DNA of 64,000 nt from Longimicrobiales bacterium (GTDB lineage Bacteria > Gemmatimonadota > Gemmatimonadetes > Longimicrobiales > Gaopeijiaceae). This document shows, piece after piece, positions 37,936-47,981 of this stretch; position 1 is the stretch's first letter, and each line of letters starts with the position of its first letter. The position numbers and the translations under genes were made by a program. The notes below the pieces were generated by a model. It ran no database searches, was not told where the DNA came from, and saw nothing but the letters and a program-made list of their open reading frames with translations. The DNA lies in NCBI GenBank assembly GCA_965204735.1, contig OZ242008.1, positions 3,168,001 to 3,232,000 of the forward strand, in the 5' to 3' direction.

Positions 37936-39431
37936 GGGTCGCGCTCCGGCCGCCGGCCGGCGGCGATCAGCGCGCGGGCGTGCGTCGAGCTCCATCCGAC
38001 CGTCATGGCGACCACCAGTCCCACGAGAACGAACCACGGCCAGGCAACCACCTCCCAGATCCACAGCGCCACCACCGTGGCCACGCCCGCCGTCATTCCA
38101 GCTATGGCGCCGCCCTGGCCCGTCTTCCGTCCAAGAACGCCCAGGGCGAAGACGCCCAGGAGGCCCCCGTACGCCATCGACGCCGCGGTCAAGGCCACTT
38201 CCACCGCAGCCGCGCGGCCGGAAGCGCCGCCCGGGTCGCCGCCCCCCGCGGCTCCTTCGGGCGGGATGAAGAGGATCGCGCCCGCCACCAGCGCCCCGGC
38301 CCAGAGCAAGGTGAAGACCCTCCCCGCCGTCAGCATGGCCTGGTCGCTGCCGAGGCGGCCCGTCGCAGGACCCCAGAAGTCGTAGGCGCTGGCCGAAGCC
38401 AAGGAGTTGATCGACGAAGACAACGAAGACATGGCGGCGGCGAAGACGCCGGCGATCAGGAGGCCGCGAACCCCGGCGGGCATCTCGGCGACGATGAAGG
38501 TGGCGAAGATTTCGTCGGTGGTGCCGAAGGCTCGGCCGTCGTAGAACGCCCACAGCCCGAGTCCCACGAAGAGGAAGAGGGCGAACTGGCCGATCACGAC
38601 GAAGCCGCTGCCGATCAGGGCTCGACGGCTGGCGGCCGCGTTCCGACAGGTCAGGAGGCGCTGCACGATGAGCTGGTCGGCGCCGTGGGACGCCATGGAC
38701 AGAAACGCCCCTCCGGCCAGACCCGCCCAGAAGGTGTAGGCGACGTCGAGATCGGTGTCGAAGTCCAGCAGCTGGAGCTTTCCGGCCGCCGAGGCGCGCT
38801 CCAGGATCGCAGGCCAACCCCCGTCCACGGCGCCGTGGAGGAGAGCCAGCGCGACCAAGCCGCCGGCCACGTAGAGCGTCATCTGGAGCGCGTCCACCCA
38901 TACGACGGCGCGGATGCCGCCGAAGTAGGTGTACGCCAGCGTGGCCGCTCCCACGACCAGCACCGACTGGGGGTAGGACCAGCCGGTCACGATCGCGAGG
39001 GGGATCGCCGTCGCGAAGAGCCGCACCGAATCGGCCAGCAGGCGCGCCGCCATGAAGGCGCCCGAGGCGCAGCGGCGGGTTGCGGTTCCGAAGCGTCGTC
39101 CCAGGAGCTCGTAGGCGGTGGCGAGGTCGCCCCGGTAGTACGCCGGCAGCAGCAGCGCGGCCACCACGATCCGGCCGACCAAGTAGCCGAAGGTCAGCTG
39201 CAGGAAGGCCAGGGTTCCCAGGTACGAGATTCCCGGCACCGAAAGGAAGGTGAGGGTGCTGGTCTCGGTCGCCACGACGGAGAACATCACCGCCCACCAG
39301 GGGAGGTCGCGGTTGCCCAGGAAGTATCCGGTTCCGCCCGACGTGCCCCGGCCCAGCCATGCGCCCCATGCGGTTACGCCCGCGATGTAGACGAGAACGA
39401 CTGCCAGGTCCACGCCGCCGAAGGCCGTCAC
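37932..39431 (-). CDS. Sodium:solute symporter
   Basis: YFLGNRDLPWW, SVVATETS, DQLIVQRLL, FAAAMSSLSSSINSL. Confidence 0.9.
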   Translation of the reverse strand: MTAFGGVDLAVVLVYIAGVTAWGAWLGRGTSGGTGYFLGNRDLPWWAVMFSVVATETSTLTFLSVPGISYLGTLAFLQLTFGYLVGRIVVAALLLPAYYRGDLATAYELLGRRFGTATRRCASGAFMAARLLADSVRLFATAIPLAIVTGWSYPQSVLVVGAATLAYTYFGGIRAVVWVDALQMTLYVAGGLVALALLHGAVDGGWPAILERASAAGKLQLLDFDTDLDVAYTFWAGLAGGAFLSMASHGADQLIVQRLLTCRNAAASRRALIGSGFVVIGQFALFLFVGLGLWAFYDGRAFGTTDEIFATFIVAEMPAGVRGLLIAGVFAAAMSSLSSSINSLASASAYDFWGPATGRLGSDQAMLTAGRVFTLLWAGALVAGAILFIPPEGAAGGGDPGGASGRAAAVEVALTAASMAYGGLLGVFALGVLGRKTGQGGAIAGMTAGVATVVALWIWEVVAWPWFVLVGLVVAMTVGWSSTHARALIAAGRRPERDP

Positions 39432-42400
39432 GGGCGGGGCCGTCCTGGTTCCTCGGAGGCCGGCTCGCGTCGCTTCGGGGGCGTGTCCATGACCGCGCGA
39501 GCCGCCAAGTCGTGGACGCGCCGACGCAGGGGAACGTGCTTGACGTTGTCCCGGGTCGGGTTGACTCGGTTGGTGAGTAGCGCCACCCCCAGGTCCAGCA
39601 CGGGATCGATCCAGATCGAAGTGCCGGTGTAGCCCGTGTGGCCGAAGGAGCGGGCCGAGAACCACTCCCCCGCCGAAGAGCGGGCCGACGGCGTGTCCCA
39701 TCCCAGCGCGCGGCTCGACTCCGGCGAGCGGCGACGGGTGATCCGCTCCACCCAGCCCGGTCCGAAGAGGGCGAAGGCCGAGAAGCGAGGGCGGTGGCAG
39801 GGCGCCGCCGAGTCGCCGTCCGCTCGGCAGGGGCCCGCCACGCCCCGGTCGAGCATCGTCTGGACGAAGACGGCCAAGTCCCGCGCCGAGCTGAAGAGCC
39901 CTGCATGACCCGCCACGCCCCCGACGGCGTGGGCGTTCTCGTCGTGGACCTCGCCGTGGACGTGGTAGCCTCGGTACGCGCTGTCGATCTCGGTGGCGGC
40001 GATCCGGTCCCACGAGGACGGCGGCGGGTTGAAGCCCGTGTCGGCCATTCCCAGGGGACCCCACGCCTCGGCCTTCAGGAAGTCGTCCAGCGACTGGCCC
40101 GAGAGCTGCTCCACCACGAAGCCGACGGTCATGAGGCCGATGTCGGAGTAGACGGCGGGGCCGCCCGGCGGAGCGTCCAGCGGCAGGGCGCCGATAGCGT
40201 CCTGGTAGGCGTCGCGGCCGGCGATCTCCAAGTAGAAGCGGCGGAAAGGAGGGAGGCCGCCCTGGTGGAGGAGAAGGTGGTGCACCGTGGCCCGGGACTT
40301 GGCCGGGTCGCCGGCGTCCCACCAGGGAAGGTGGCGGACGACGGGGTCGTCCAGGGCCAGCGCGCCGCGCTGAGCCAGCACGATTGCCGCCGTGGTGGTG
40401 CCCACGACCTTGGTGAGCGACGCCAGGTCGAAGATCGACGCCGGAGTCGCGGGGGGCGCGTTCGGGTCCCAGTCGAGGCGGCCGTAGCCCCGGAGGCGCA
40501 CGAGCCGGCCCCGCCGGACCACCGCGAGAGCCGCGCCCGAGGCGGCCGAGTCGGCCAGGGCGGCCAGGATGGCGGTGTCCAGCGCGGCCAGGGAGTCGGC
40601 GTTCATGGCGACGCGGGCCGGGTCCGCTTCCCGGGGCGAGACGGCCATGCCGGCGAAGGCGCAGAAGACGTCGGCAAGGTCTTCGGCCGCGTAGGGCGGC
40701 ACGGCCTCGTTCGGCGGCGGGGCTTCCGCGAGACCGGCCGCCGGCGTCGACGGCCGGTCCTGGCACGGGGGGAGCGGCTCGGCGGGACGCCACCGGCCCG
40801 GACCGCCGGCCGTGTCGGGAACCGCCTCCTCTTCGGCCGGAACGCTCTCGGCGCCCGGCACGAAGCCGGCTTCTCGGAGGGGGTCGGGCGCCGCGCGAGC
40901 CAACCGCGCTTCGCGGGGCGCGGCGTCTCGGTCGAGCCCGGCGCCCGCTTGGTGCAGGGGAGGGATCGACACGGGCAGACGCCCGCCGATCGCTTCGACG
41001 CCCGCCAGCGCCCGGGCGGCGGCGCGCTGCGACACCTCTCGTTCCCCCCAGGCCACCATGTAGCTCCCGACGCCGGGAAACACCGACAGCACGTAGGGGC
41101 CGCCGAAGGAGACCGCCACGGCACCGCCCGGCCGAATCCGGTCCACGCCTTCCACGAAGGCCCGCAGTGCGGGGGGCGGCACGGTCGCCCCGGCGCCGGA
41201 ACGCGGCGGCGCGTACACCCCCGCAACCACCACATGGTCGGCGGCGTCGAGCCGAGCAATGGCATGAAGGAGCGAGTCGTACACCGGCCACGGCGTCTCC
41301 GGCCCCACGCGGACGCTCTCGATCCGCCCGGCGAACTCCCGCAGCGCGGCGTCGAACGCGCGTCCCGCCAGCAGGTCGCCGTCGCGGGCCCACGTCACGC
41401 TCGTCACGGAGGCGCCCGGTGCCAGCGGCACGGCCCCGTCCCGGTCCCGGACCAGCGTGATCGACCTGGCCGCCGCCCGCGCGGCCAGCGCGCGGTTCTC
41501 GGCGCTCCCCACTCGGCGCGCCACTGCGTCGGGGCTCACGCGGCTCTCCCGGTGCAGCCCCAGGCGAGCTTTCGCCTCCAGCAGCCGCCGCGCGGACACG
41601 TCGATCCGCGCCCGGGAGATGCGGCCCGACTCCACCGCCCGCACCACGGCTTCGATCGTCGTCCCGATCCCGTCCGGGGCGAGCAGCACGTCCGAACCCG
41701 CCTCCAGCGAGAGCACGGCAGCCTCTCCGGCGCCGTAGCCGTTGGTGATCGCGCCCATGCGGAGCGCGTCGGTGAAGAGGATGCCCCGAAAGCCCATCTC
41801 GTCCCGGAGCACGTCGGTCATGAAGTAGGGCGACAGGGTTGCCGGTCGCTCGTCTCCCAGCACCTGGGGCACGGCCACGTGGGCCGTCATCACCGCGTCC
41901 ACTCCGGCCTCCACGGCCATGCGGAAAGGGGCCAGCTCGACCCGGTCCAGGCGCTCCCGGTCGGCACCGATCACGGGCAGGGCCACGTGGGAGTCGGTGC
42001 GGGTGTCCCCGTGGCCGGGGAAGTGCTTGGCCGTCGAGAGCGCGCCCCCCGCTCGCGCGCCCCGGACGAAGGCGACGCCCAGCCGACCCACGCTCTCCGG
42101 GTCCTCGCCGAAGGACCGGGTGGCGATGACCGGGTTCGCCGGGTTGCTGTTCACGTCCAGCACCGGGGCGAAGAGCCAGTGGACGCCCACGGCACGTGCC
42201 TCTTCGGCGGTGACGCGGCCGTATTCGAAGGCCAGCTCTTCGTCTCGCGCGGCGCCGAAGGCCATCGTCGGAGGAAAGCTGGTGCCGCCTCCCTGGGCCA
42301 GAAGGGACGGGATCGCGTAGCTGTGGTTGAGCCGCATCCCCGGTCCGCCGTTCTCGAAGTCGGAGGTGACCAGGAGGGGGACGAGGGCTCGGGACTGGAG

Positions 42401-42937
42401 TCGGTTGAGCTTGGCCACGTAGGCGTCGGGGACGCCGATGGAGATGGAGACCCCGCCCAGCCCCTGCTCCGCCCAGCCCAGCAGTTCCCGAAGCTCGGGA
42501 TCGGTTTCGGAGGCGTATCCGCCGGAGATCCAGGGCACGACCAGCTGAGCGACGGCCTGACGAAGGGTCAGCGCGGCCAAGGTCTCGTCCACCCAGCGGC
42601 GGGCTGCGCGGTCCAGGGAGGCGGCCAGCTCCGGCGTCGGCGGAGGCGTCGCAGGCGAGGGCTCTCCCCAGGGAGAACAGGCGGCAAGCACGGGCAGGAC
42701 CGCCAGCAGACGCAAGACCGTTCGCCGGCGCAGGGCTGGGCACGCCGAGCTTGGCGCGGCACGCGGCGGAGCAGACGCCGGGGGACGCTTCCACGGACGG
42801 CCCCGCACGGGAAGTCGACAGGGCGTTGGGCGCGCACCGGGTCGGCGGGTAGCTTGGGAAGACCGGACGGCCTGGGAAGACCGGGCAGCCTGGGAAGGCC
42901 GGGTCGCTCGGAAAGACTGGGCAGCCTGGGAAGTCAC
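39428..42937 (-). CDS. GH3 beta-N-acetylglucosaminidase (NagZ-like) fused to serine hydrolase (AmiE-like); lipoprotein; start uncertain
   Basis: VLAAC lipobox; KHFPGHG..DSH GH3 motif; C-terminal ASLTK, YSD, HTG motifs. Confidence 0.85.
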   Translation of the reverse strand: MTSQAAQSFRATRPSQAARSSQAVRSSQATRRPGARPTPCRLPVRGRPWKRPPASAPPRAAPSSACPALRRRTVLRLLAVLPVLAACSPWGEPSPATPPPTPELAASLDRAARRWVDETLAALTLRQAVAQLVVPWISGGYASETDPELRELLGWAEQGLGGVSISIGVPDAYVAKLNRLQSRALVPLLVTSDFENGGPGMRLNHSYAIPSLLAQGGGTSFPPTMAFGAARDEELAFEYGRVTAEEARAVGVHWLFAPVLDVNSNPANPVIATRSFGEDPESVGRLGVAFVRGARAGGALSTAKHFPGHGDTRTDSHVALPVIGADRERLDRVELAPFRMAVEAGVDAVMTAHVAVPQVLGDERPATLSPYFMTDVLRDEMGFRGILFTDALRMGAITNGYGAGEAAVLSLEAGSDVLLAPDGIGTTIEAVVRAVESGRISRARIDVSARRLLEAKARLGLHRESRVSPDAVARRVGSAENRALAARAAARSITLVRDRDGAVPLAPGASVTSVTWARDGDLLAGRAFDAALREFAGRIESVRVGPETPWPVYDSLLHAIARLDAADHVVVAGVYAPPRSGAGATVPPPALRAFVEGVDRIRPGGAVAVSFGGPYVLSVFPGVGSYMVAWGEREVSQRAAARALAGVEAIGGRLPVSIPPLHQAGAGLDRDAAPREARLARAAPDPLREAGFVPGAESVPAEEEAVPDTAGGPGRWRPAEPLPPCQDRPSTPAAGLAEAPPPNEAVPPYAAEDLADVFCAFAGMAVSPREADPARVAMNADSLAALDTAILAALADSAASGAALAVVRRGRLVRLRGYGRLDWDPNAPPATPASIFDLASLTKVVGTTTAAIVLAQRGALALDDPVVRHLPWWDAGDPAKSRATVHHLLLHQGGLPPFRRFYLEIAGRDAYQDAIGALPLDAPPGGPAVYSDIGLMTVGFVVEQLSGQSLDDFLKAEAWGPLGMADTGFNPPPSSWDRIAATEIDSAYRGYHVHGEVHDENAHAVGGVAGHAGLFSSARDLAVFVQTMLDRGVAGPCRADGDSAAPCHRPRFSAFALFGPGWVERITRRRSPESSRALGWDTPSARSSAGEWFSARSFGHTGYTGTSIWIDPVLDLGVALLTNRVNPTRDNVKHVPLRRRVHDLAARAVMDTPPKRREPASEEPGRPRP

Positions 42938-42987
42938 GAAGTCGCCTCGGGTCTCGGGAAGTCGGCCGCATCGAAGGGCGGGAAGAC

Positions 42988-44346
42988 ATGAACACTCATA
43001 GTGCGTCGCCGTCGGGGGGAGTAGTCCGCCGGTGGGCGTCGTTGCCCCAGCGGGCGTCGTTGCCCCAGCGGGCGTCGTTGCGGCTGTGCGTGTCGTTGCG
43101 GCGGCGGGCGTCGTTCGGCCTGCGGGCCTCGTGTCTGGTCGCGGCGACGGCGGCGTGCTCGCCCCAGCTCGAGGGCGACGCAGGGGGCGTCCAGCCGGGC
43201 GCCGTCCGCCCCGGCGTCGAAGTGCTGCTGACGGACTCGCTGGCGCTGGTCGCCGGGCGACGGGCGGGACTGGTGACCAACCACACCGGCAGGAACCGGG
43301 CCGGCGTCCCGACGATCGACCTGCTGGCGGATCACCCGGAGGTCGAGCTGGTGGCGCTGTTCTCGCCGGAGCACGGGATTCGGGGCAGCGAGGAAGCGGG
43401 CGTGGAGGTGGAGAGCGGCATCGACGACAGGACGGGCCTCCCAATCCACTCGCTCTACGGCGACGCTCGCAAGCCCACGGCGGAGACGCTGACGGGGATC
43501 GAAGTCCTCCTCTTCGACATCCAGGACGTGGGCGCCCGCTACTACACCTACCTGTCCACCATGATCCTGGCCATGGAGGCGGCGGGCGAGGAGGGCGTCC
43601 CCTTCGTGGTGCTGGACCGCCCCAACCCGATCGGCGGCGCCGCGGCGCAGGGAAACGTCCTGGACCCGGCGTTCGCCAGCTTCGTGGGGCCTTATCCGGT
43701 TCCCATGCGCCACGGCCTCACGGCCGGGGAGTTCGCTCGGATGGCGGTGGGCGAGTTCGGGGTCGTCGCGACGCTCAAGGTCGTCCCGGCCGACGGGTGG
43801 ACCAGGGAAATGCCCTTCGACGAGACGGGCGTGCCGTGGGTGCCGCCGTCGCCCAACATGCCGTCGGTGGAGAGCGCCCTCCACTACCCTGGGACCTGCC
43901 TCTTCGAGGGAACGCCCCTTTCGGTGGGCCGGGGCACGGACCGGGCGTTCCAGCAAGTGGGGGCGCCCTGGCTCGACGCCGACGAGCTAGCGATCCGGCT
44001 GGCGGCCCTCGACGTGCCCGGAGCCGTCTTCGTTCCCGCGCGCTTCACTCCGTCCAACCCCGGCGACGGCAAGTTCGGCGGCGTGGAGTCCCACGGAGTG
44101 CGAGTGGTGGCGGACGGCCCGGAGTACGACCCCACCCTGGCCGCCCTCGCTCTTCTCGTCGAGACCAAGGCTGTCTCCGGCGAGCGCTGGAGGTGGAACG
44201 CAGGCCACTTCGACCGGCTGGCGGGCACCGACGCGCTGCGCCTGGCGCTGGATGCCGGCGCCTCCTACCAGGAGCTGGCGGACGGATGGGGCGACGGCGT
44301 CGACGCCTTCCTGGAGCGCCGGCGACCCTACCTGCTCTACAGGTGA
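42988..44346 (+). CDS. namZ: DUF1343 exo-beta-N-acetylmuramidase (NamZ family); start uncertain
   Basis: GLVTNHTG, LFSPEHG, FDIQDVGARYYTY, LDRPNP, PMRHGLT.GE, PSPNMP, GRGT. Confidence 0.85.
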   Translation: MNTHSASPSGGVVRRWASLPQRASLPQRASLRLCVSLRRRASFGLRASCLVAATAACSPQLEGDAGGVQPGAVRPGVEVLLTDSLALVAGRRAGLVTNHTGRNRAGVPTIDLLADHPEVELVALFSPEHGIRGSEEAGVEVESGIDDRTGLPIHSLYGDARKPTAETLTGIEVLLFDIQDVGARYYTYLSTMILAMEAAGEEGVPFVVLDRPNPIGGAAAQGNVLDPAFASFVGPYPVPMRHGLTAGEFARMAVGEFGVVATLKVVPADGWTREMPFDETGVPWVPPSPNMPSVESALHYPGTCLFEGTPLSVGRGTDRAFQQVGAPWLDADELAIRLAALDVPGAVFVPARFTPSNPGDGKFGGVESHGVRVVADGPEYDPTLAALALLVETKAVSGERWRWNAGHFDRLAGTDALRLALDAGASYQELADGWGDGVDAFLERRRPYLLYR

Positions 44347-44352
44347 GCCCCG

Positions 44353-46275
44353 TCACACGCTCACCTTGAAGCGCTCGCCCCAGGCGGCCAGCTGCATCAG
44401 CGCCCACAGCTGGTGGTTCGGTCTTTGGGCCCTGCGCGCCCTGCCGTCCTCCCGCTGCGCCGCTGCCCGCTCCTTGATCCGCCGGACTGCGTCGGCATCG
44501 AGCATCGACAACGGACCGTCGCGCTTGGAGAGCAGCTCGTCGGCCATGTCGAAGAACGCCTTGTTCTGATAGGCGTGCAGAGGCAGGCTGAACCCCGTCT
44601 TGGGCTTCGACAGGACCGTGTCCGGCAGCATCGGGCGCACGGCTTCGCGCAGCACGCGCTTCAGCGTCAGCCCCTGGACCAGCCAGCGGTCGGGGAGCCT
44701 CATTGCCAACGCCGCCAAGTCCGGATCCAGCATCGGCGCCCGCAGCTCGACGGACGCGGCCATGCTCATCCGGTCGGCCTTCGTCAGCATGTCCTGCGGC
44801 AGGTTGTGCACCAGGTTCGCATACATGAGGCGGCGAAGCGGAGTCCACGCCTCGGCCGCTTCCGGCAGCCGGGCGTACTGCAGCGGACCCGTGCCCGCAA
44901 CGCTCGCCGCCGCCGGGTCCTGGATCAGGTCGACGGCCTCGGCGTGCGAGAAGAAGGACGCGCCGCTCACGTCGGCGGCCCGCTGAACCGCCGGACGGGC
45001 AGCGTAGCGGACGATCCGACGAACGCGCCCGGCCAGCCGTCCGGCGCCCAGCCCCGGAACCGTCGCGAGGCCGTCCAGCGCCCAAGCGGCCCCGGCCAGA
45101 ACCGGCCTGGGAAGCGCTGCAAAGCGTTCGATTCGCGGCGCCCACGCGAAGACGCCGTACCCCCCGAAGACCTCGTCTCCTCCGTCGCCGGCGATGCAGA
45201 CCTTCACCTCCTTGGCCACTTCTCGGCTGATCCGGTAGGTGGGGATTGCCGACGAATCGGGAAACGGGACCCCAACGTGCTCCACGATCCGCCACAGGTC
45301 GTCGGGCTCGAAGCCGGAGTTCGACACCCGCATCTCCCTGTGGTCGGCGCCGACGTGGCGAGCGACCTCGCGGGCGGTCGCGCTCTCGTCGTACTCCGCC
45401 TCGTCGAAGCGGACCGTGAACGTCTTCACGGGCCTGTCCGACAGACTCTGCATGATCGCGACCAGCGCGCAGGAGTCGATTCCGCCCGAAAGGAGCGCCC
45501 CGACTTCCACGTCGGCGACCATCTGTCTCCGCACGGCTTCGACGAGGGCTTCTCGGACCTGCTCCACCGCATCCGGCCACTTGGCCGGGTCCGGGTCCGG
45601 CAGGTAGTCGGGACGCCAGTACGGGGAGACTTGGCACTTCCCTTCCGTCCACCGCAGCCGGCAGCCCGGCGGCAGCAGCATGACGTCCTTGAAGAACGTC
45701 GCCGGCGCCGGCACGAACCCCAGCCGCAGGTAGGAGCCCACGGCTTCCGGGCTCATCCGCCGGGGAACGTCCGGGTGCTCCAGCAGGCTCTGCACCTCGC
45801 TGCTGAAGACGATCCGCCCTGCGTCCTGCCAGTAGAAGAGCGGCTTCTCTCCAAAGCGGTCCCTTGCCAGGTGCAAGGACCGGGTCGGCTGGTCGTAGAC
45901 GGCGGCGGCGAACATGCCCTTCATGCGCGCGAAGACGTCCGGCCCCCACTCCTCGTAGCCGTGGGCGATCACCTCGGTGTCGGAACGGGTGCCGAAGACG
46001 TGCCCGCGCCCTTCCAGCTCCTTCGCCAGCTCCCGGTAGTTGTAGACTTCGCCGTTCTGCACCACCCGCACGGCGCCGTCCTCGTTGGCCACGGGCTGGT
46101 CGCCGGTCTCCAGGTCTATGATCGCCAGCCGCCGCACGGCCAGGGAGGCGCCTTCGCAGTCGAACCGGCCCCCGCTGTCGGGGCCCCGGTGGCCCAAGCG
46201 CCGCTGCATCGCCGACACGTGGTCGCGCGCTTCGGGGTCTCGGGTCGAGAGGGCCGTGCCGCAGATTCCACACAT
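44353..46275 (-). CDS. asnB: Asparagine synthase (glutamine-hydrolyzing)/amidotransferase
   Basis: MCGI N-terminus, HRGPD, NGEVYN, RDRFGEKPL, LSGGIDS, GDGGDE, KADRMSMA. Confidence 0.9.
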   Translation of the reverse strand: MCGICGTALSTRDPEARDHVSAMQRRLGHRGPDSGGRFDCEGASLAVRRLAIIDLETGDQPVANEDGAVRVVQNGEVYNYRELAKELEGRGHVFGTRSDTEVIAHGYEEWGPDVFARMKGMFAAAVYDQPTRSLHLARDRFGEKPLFYWQDAGRIVFSSEVQSLLEHPDVPRRMSPEAVGSYLRLGFVPAPATFFKDVMLLPPGCRLRWTEGKCQVSPYWRPDYLPDPDPAKWPDAVEQVREALVEAVRRQMVADVEVGALLSGGIDSCALVAIMQSLSDRPVKTFTVRFDEAEYDESATAREVARHVGADHREMRVSNSGFEPDDLWRIVEHVGVPFPDSSAIPTYRISREVAKEVKVCIAGDGGDEVFGGYGVFAWAPRIERFAALPRPVLAGAAWALDGLATVPGLGAGRLAGRVRRIVRYAARPAVQRAADVSGASFFSHAEAVDLIQDPAAASVAGTGPLQYARLPEAAEAWTPLRRLMYANLVHNLPQDMLTKADRMSMAASVELRAPMLDPDLAALAMRLPDRWLVQGLTLKRVLREAVRPMLPDTVLSKPKTGFSLPLHAYQNKAFFDMADELLSKRDGPLSMLDADAVRRIKERAAAQREDGRARRAQRPNHQLWALMQLAAWGERFKVSV

Positions 46276-46324
46276 GCCTAACAATGTTGCTGTCCGGCCC
46301 GGCGTTTTCTAGCTTCCCGCCCCC

Positions 46325-47860
46325 ATGTCCCCCTTCTACCTCACCACGCCGATCTACTACGCCTCGGGCGAGCCGCACCTGGGCCACGCCTACACCACGA
46401 TCCTGGCCGACGTGCTGGCGCGCTACAGGCGGCGCGCGGGGCAGGACGTGCTCTTCCTGACGGGCACCGACGAGCACGGTCAGAAGATCCAGGAGGAGGC
46501 GGCCCGCCAGGGAATGCCGCCCGGGGAGCTTTGCGAGCTCATGGCGGGGCGCTTCCGCGCGGCCTGGGACGACCTTGGCATCTCCCACGACCGCTTCATC
46601 CGCACGACGGAGGCGGGGCACGTCGCCGTCGTCTCCGCCGTTCTGGACCGCCTTCGGGACAACGGCCTGATCTACGAGGGGGAGTACGCCGGATGGTACT
46701 CGGTCAGCCAGGAGCGCTACTTCACCGAGAAGGAGGTGGGCCCGGAACGGAAAGATCCGGTCGCCGGCGGTCCCGTCGAGCGGATCCGGGAGAAGAACTA
46801 CTTCTTTCGGATGAGTCGTTTCGGGGATCGGCTGCGGAAGCACGTGGAGGACAACCCGGAGTGGATCGTGCCCCGGGGACGCCGCAACGAAGTCCTGGGG
46901 TTTCTCGCCAAGCCTCTGGGCGACCTCTCCATCTCCCGGCCCCGCTCCCGCATCCACTGGGGGATTCCCCTTCCCTGGGACCCCGACCAGACGACGTACG
47001 TGTGGGTCGACGCCCTGATCAACTACGTGACGGCGTCCGGCGCGGTGGACCCGGAGGCGCCGAAGGGCCAGCAGGGCTTCGGCAACGCCCCCCTCTCCTC
47101 ACGCTGGCCGGCGGACCTCCACCTGATGGGGAAGGACATCCTCACCACCCACGCCGTCTACTGGCCGGCGCTGCTCATGGGCGCGGACCTGCCTCTGCCC
47201 CGAAAGATCCTGGCCCACGGCTGGTGGGTCGTGGGCGCGACCAAGATGTCCAAGTCCCTGGGCAACGTCGTGGACCCCCTGGACCTCCGGGACCGCTTTG
47301 GCACGGACGCCGTTCGGTGGTACCTCATGCGGGAGATGCCGACGGGTCACGACGCTTCCTACGCCCCCGAGCGCTTCCGGGCCCGCTACGAGGAGCTCGC
47401 CAACGTCTTGGGGAACTTGGCGCACAGGGTGGTGTCGATGGTGAAGCGCTACCGTGGCGGCGTCGTTCCGGACGCGCCGGCGGTCGCGCTCGAGGACGAG
47501 AGGCGGCGAGCGGTCCGCAGCTACCGGGAAGGCATGGAAGCGTACCGGCTCCACGACGGACTGGCGGCGGCCATGGAGTTCGCCCGGACCGCCAACGGCT
47601 TCGTGGAGAGCCGAGAGCCCTGGGCGGCGGCCCGCGATCCGAAGCGCATCGAGGAGCTGGACGAGACCCTGGCCTCGCTGGCGCGCTCGCTCGCGGCCCT
47701 TGCCTGCATGTTCGAGCCCGTCGCGCCGCGGAAGTCGCAGGAGCTCGCCGGACGGATCGGGCTTGCCCGAGTTCCGCGCTTGGCCGAGCTGGACGAGCTG
47801 GCGGTGGGGGGACGGTCGGTCCGCCCCGGACCCCCGCTCTTCCCGCGAGTCGACAGTTGA
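46325..47860 (+). CDS. metG: Methionine-tRNA ligase (short form)
   Basis: TTPIYY, HLGH, GTDEHG, YVWVDAL, GKDI, KMSKS. Confidence 0.95.
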   Translation: MSPFYLTTPIYYASGEPHLGHAYTTILADVLARYRRRAGQDVLFLTGTDEHGQKIQEEAARQGMPPGELCELMAGRFRAAWDDLGISHDRFIRTTEAGHVAVVSAVLDRLRDNGLIYEGEYAGWYSVSQERYFTEKEVGPERKDPVAGGPVERIREKNYFFRMSRFGDRLRKHVEDNPEWIVPRGRRNEVLGFLAKPLGDLSISRPRSRIHWGIPLPWDPDQTTYVWVDALINYVTASGAVDPEAPKGQQGFGNAPLSSRWPADLHLMGKDILTTHAVYWPALLMGADLPLPRKILAHGWWVVGATKMSKSLGNVVDPLDLRDRFGTDAVRWYLMREMPTGHDASYAPERFRARYEELANVLGNLAHRVVSMVKRYRGGVVPDAPAVALEDERRRAVRSYREGMEAYRLHDGLAAAMEFARTANGFVESREPWAAARDPKRIEELDETLASLARSLAALACMFEPVAPRKSQELAGRIGLARVPRLAELDELAVGGRSVRPGPPLFPRVDS

Positions 47861-47981
47861 TCCGAAGACGGGACGGCGGGACCGCGACGCCTCCGGGGCC
47901 GTTCGCGCGGGGGCGGGACGTGGGAGAGGCCGCGGGGGGAGAAGTTGACCGGTCGGGCGTCCCGAAGTACACTGGTTGGTC

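Noticed and set aside
46290..46316. TGTC...TAGCTT upstream of metG (and similar near 59355-59375) as additional PafBC boxes
   Set aside because: Spacing or core bases do not fit TGTCR-N11-TA-N3-T.
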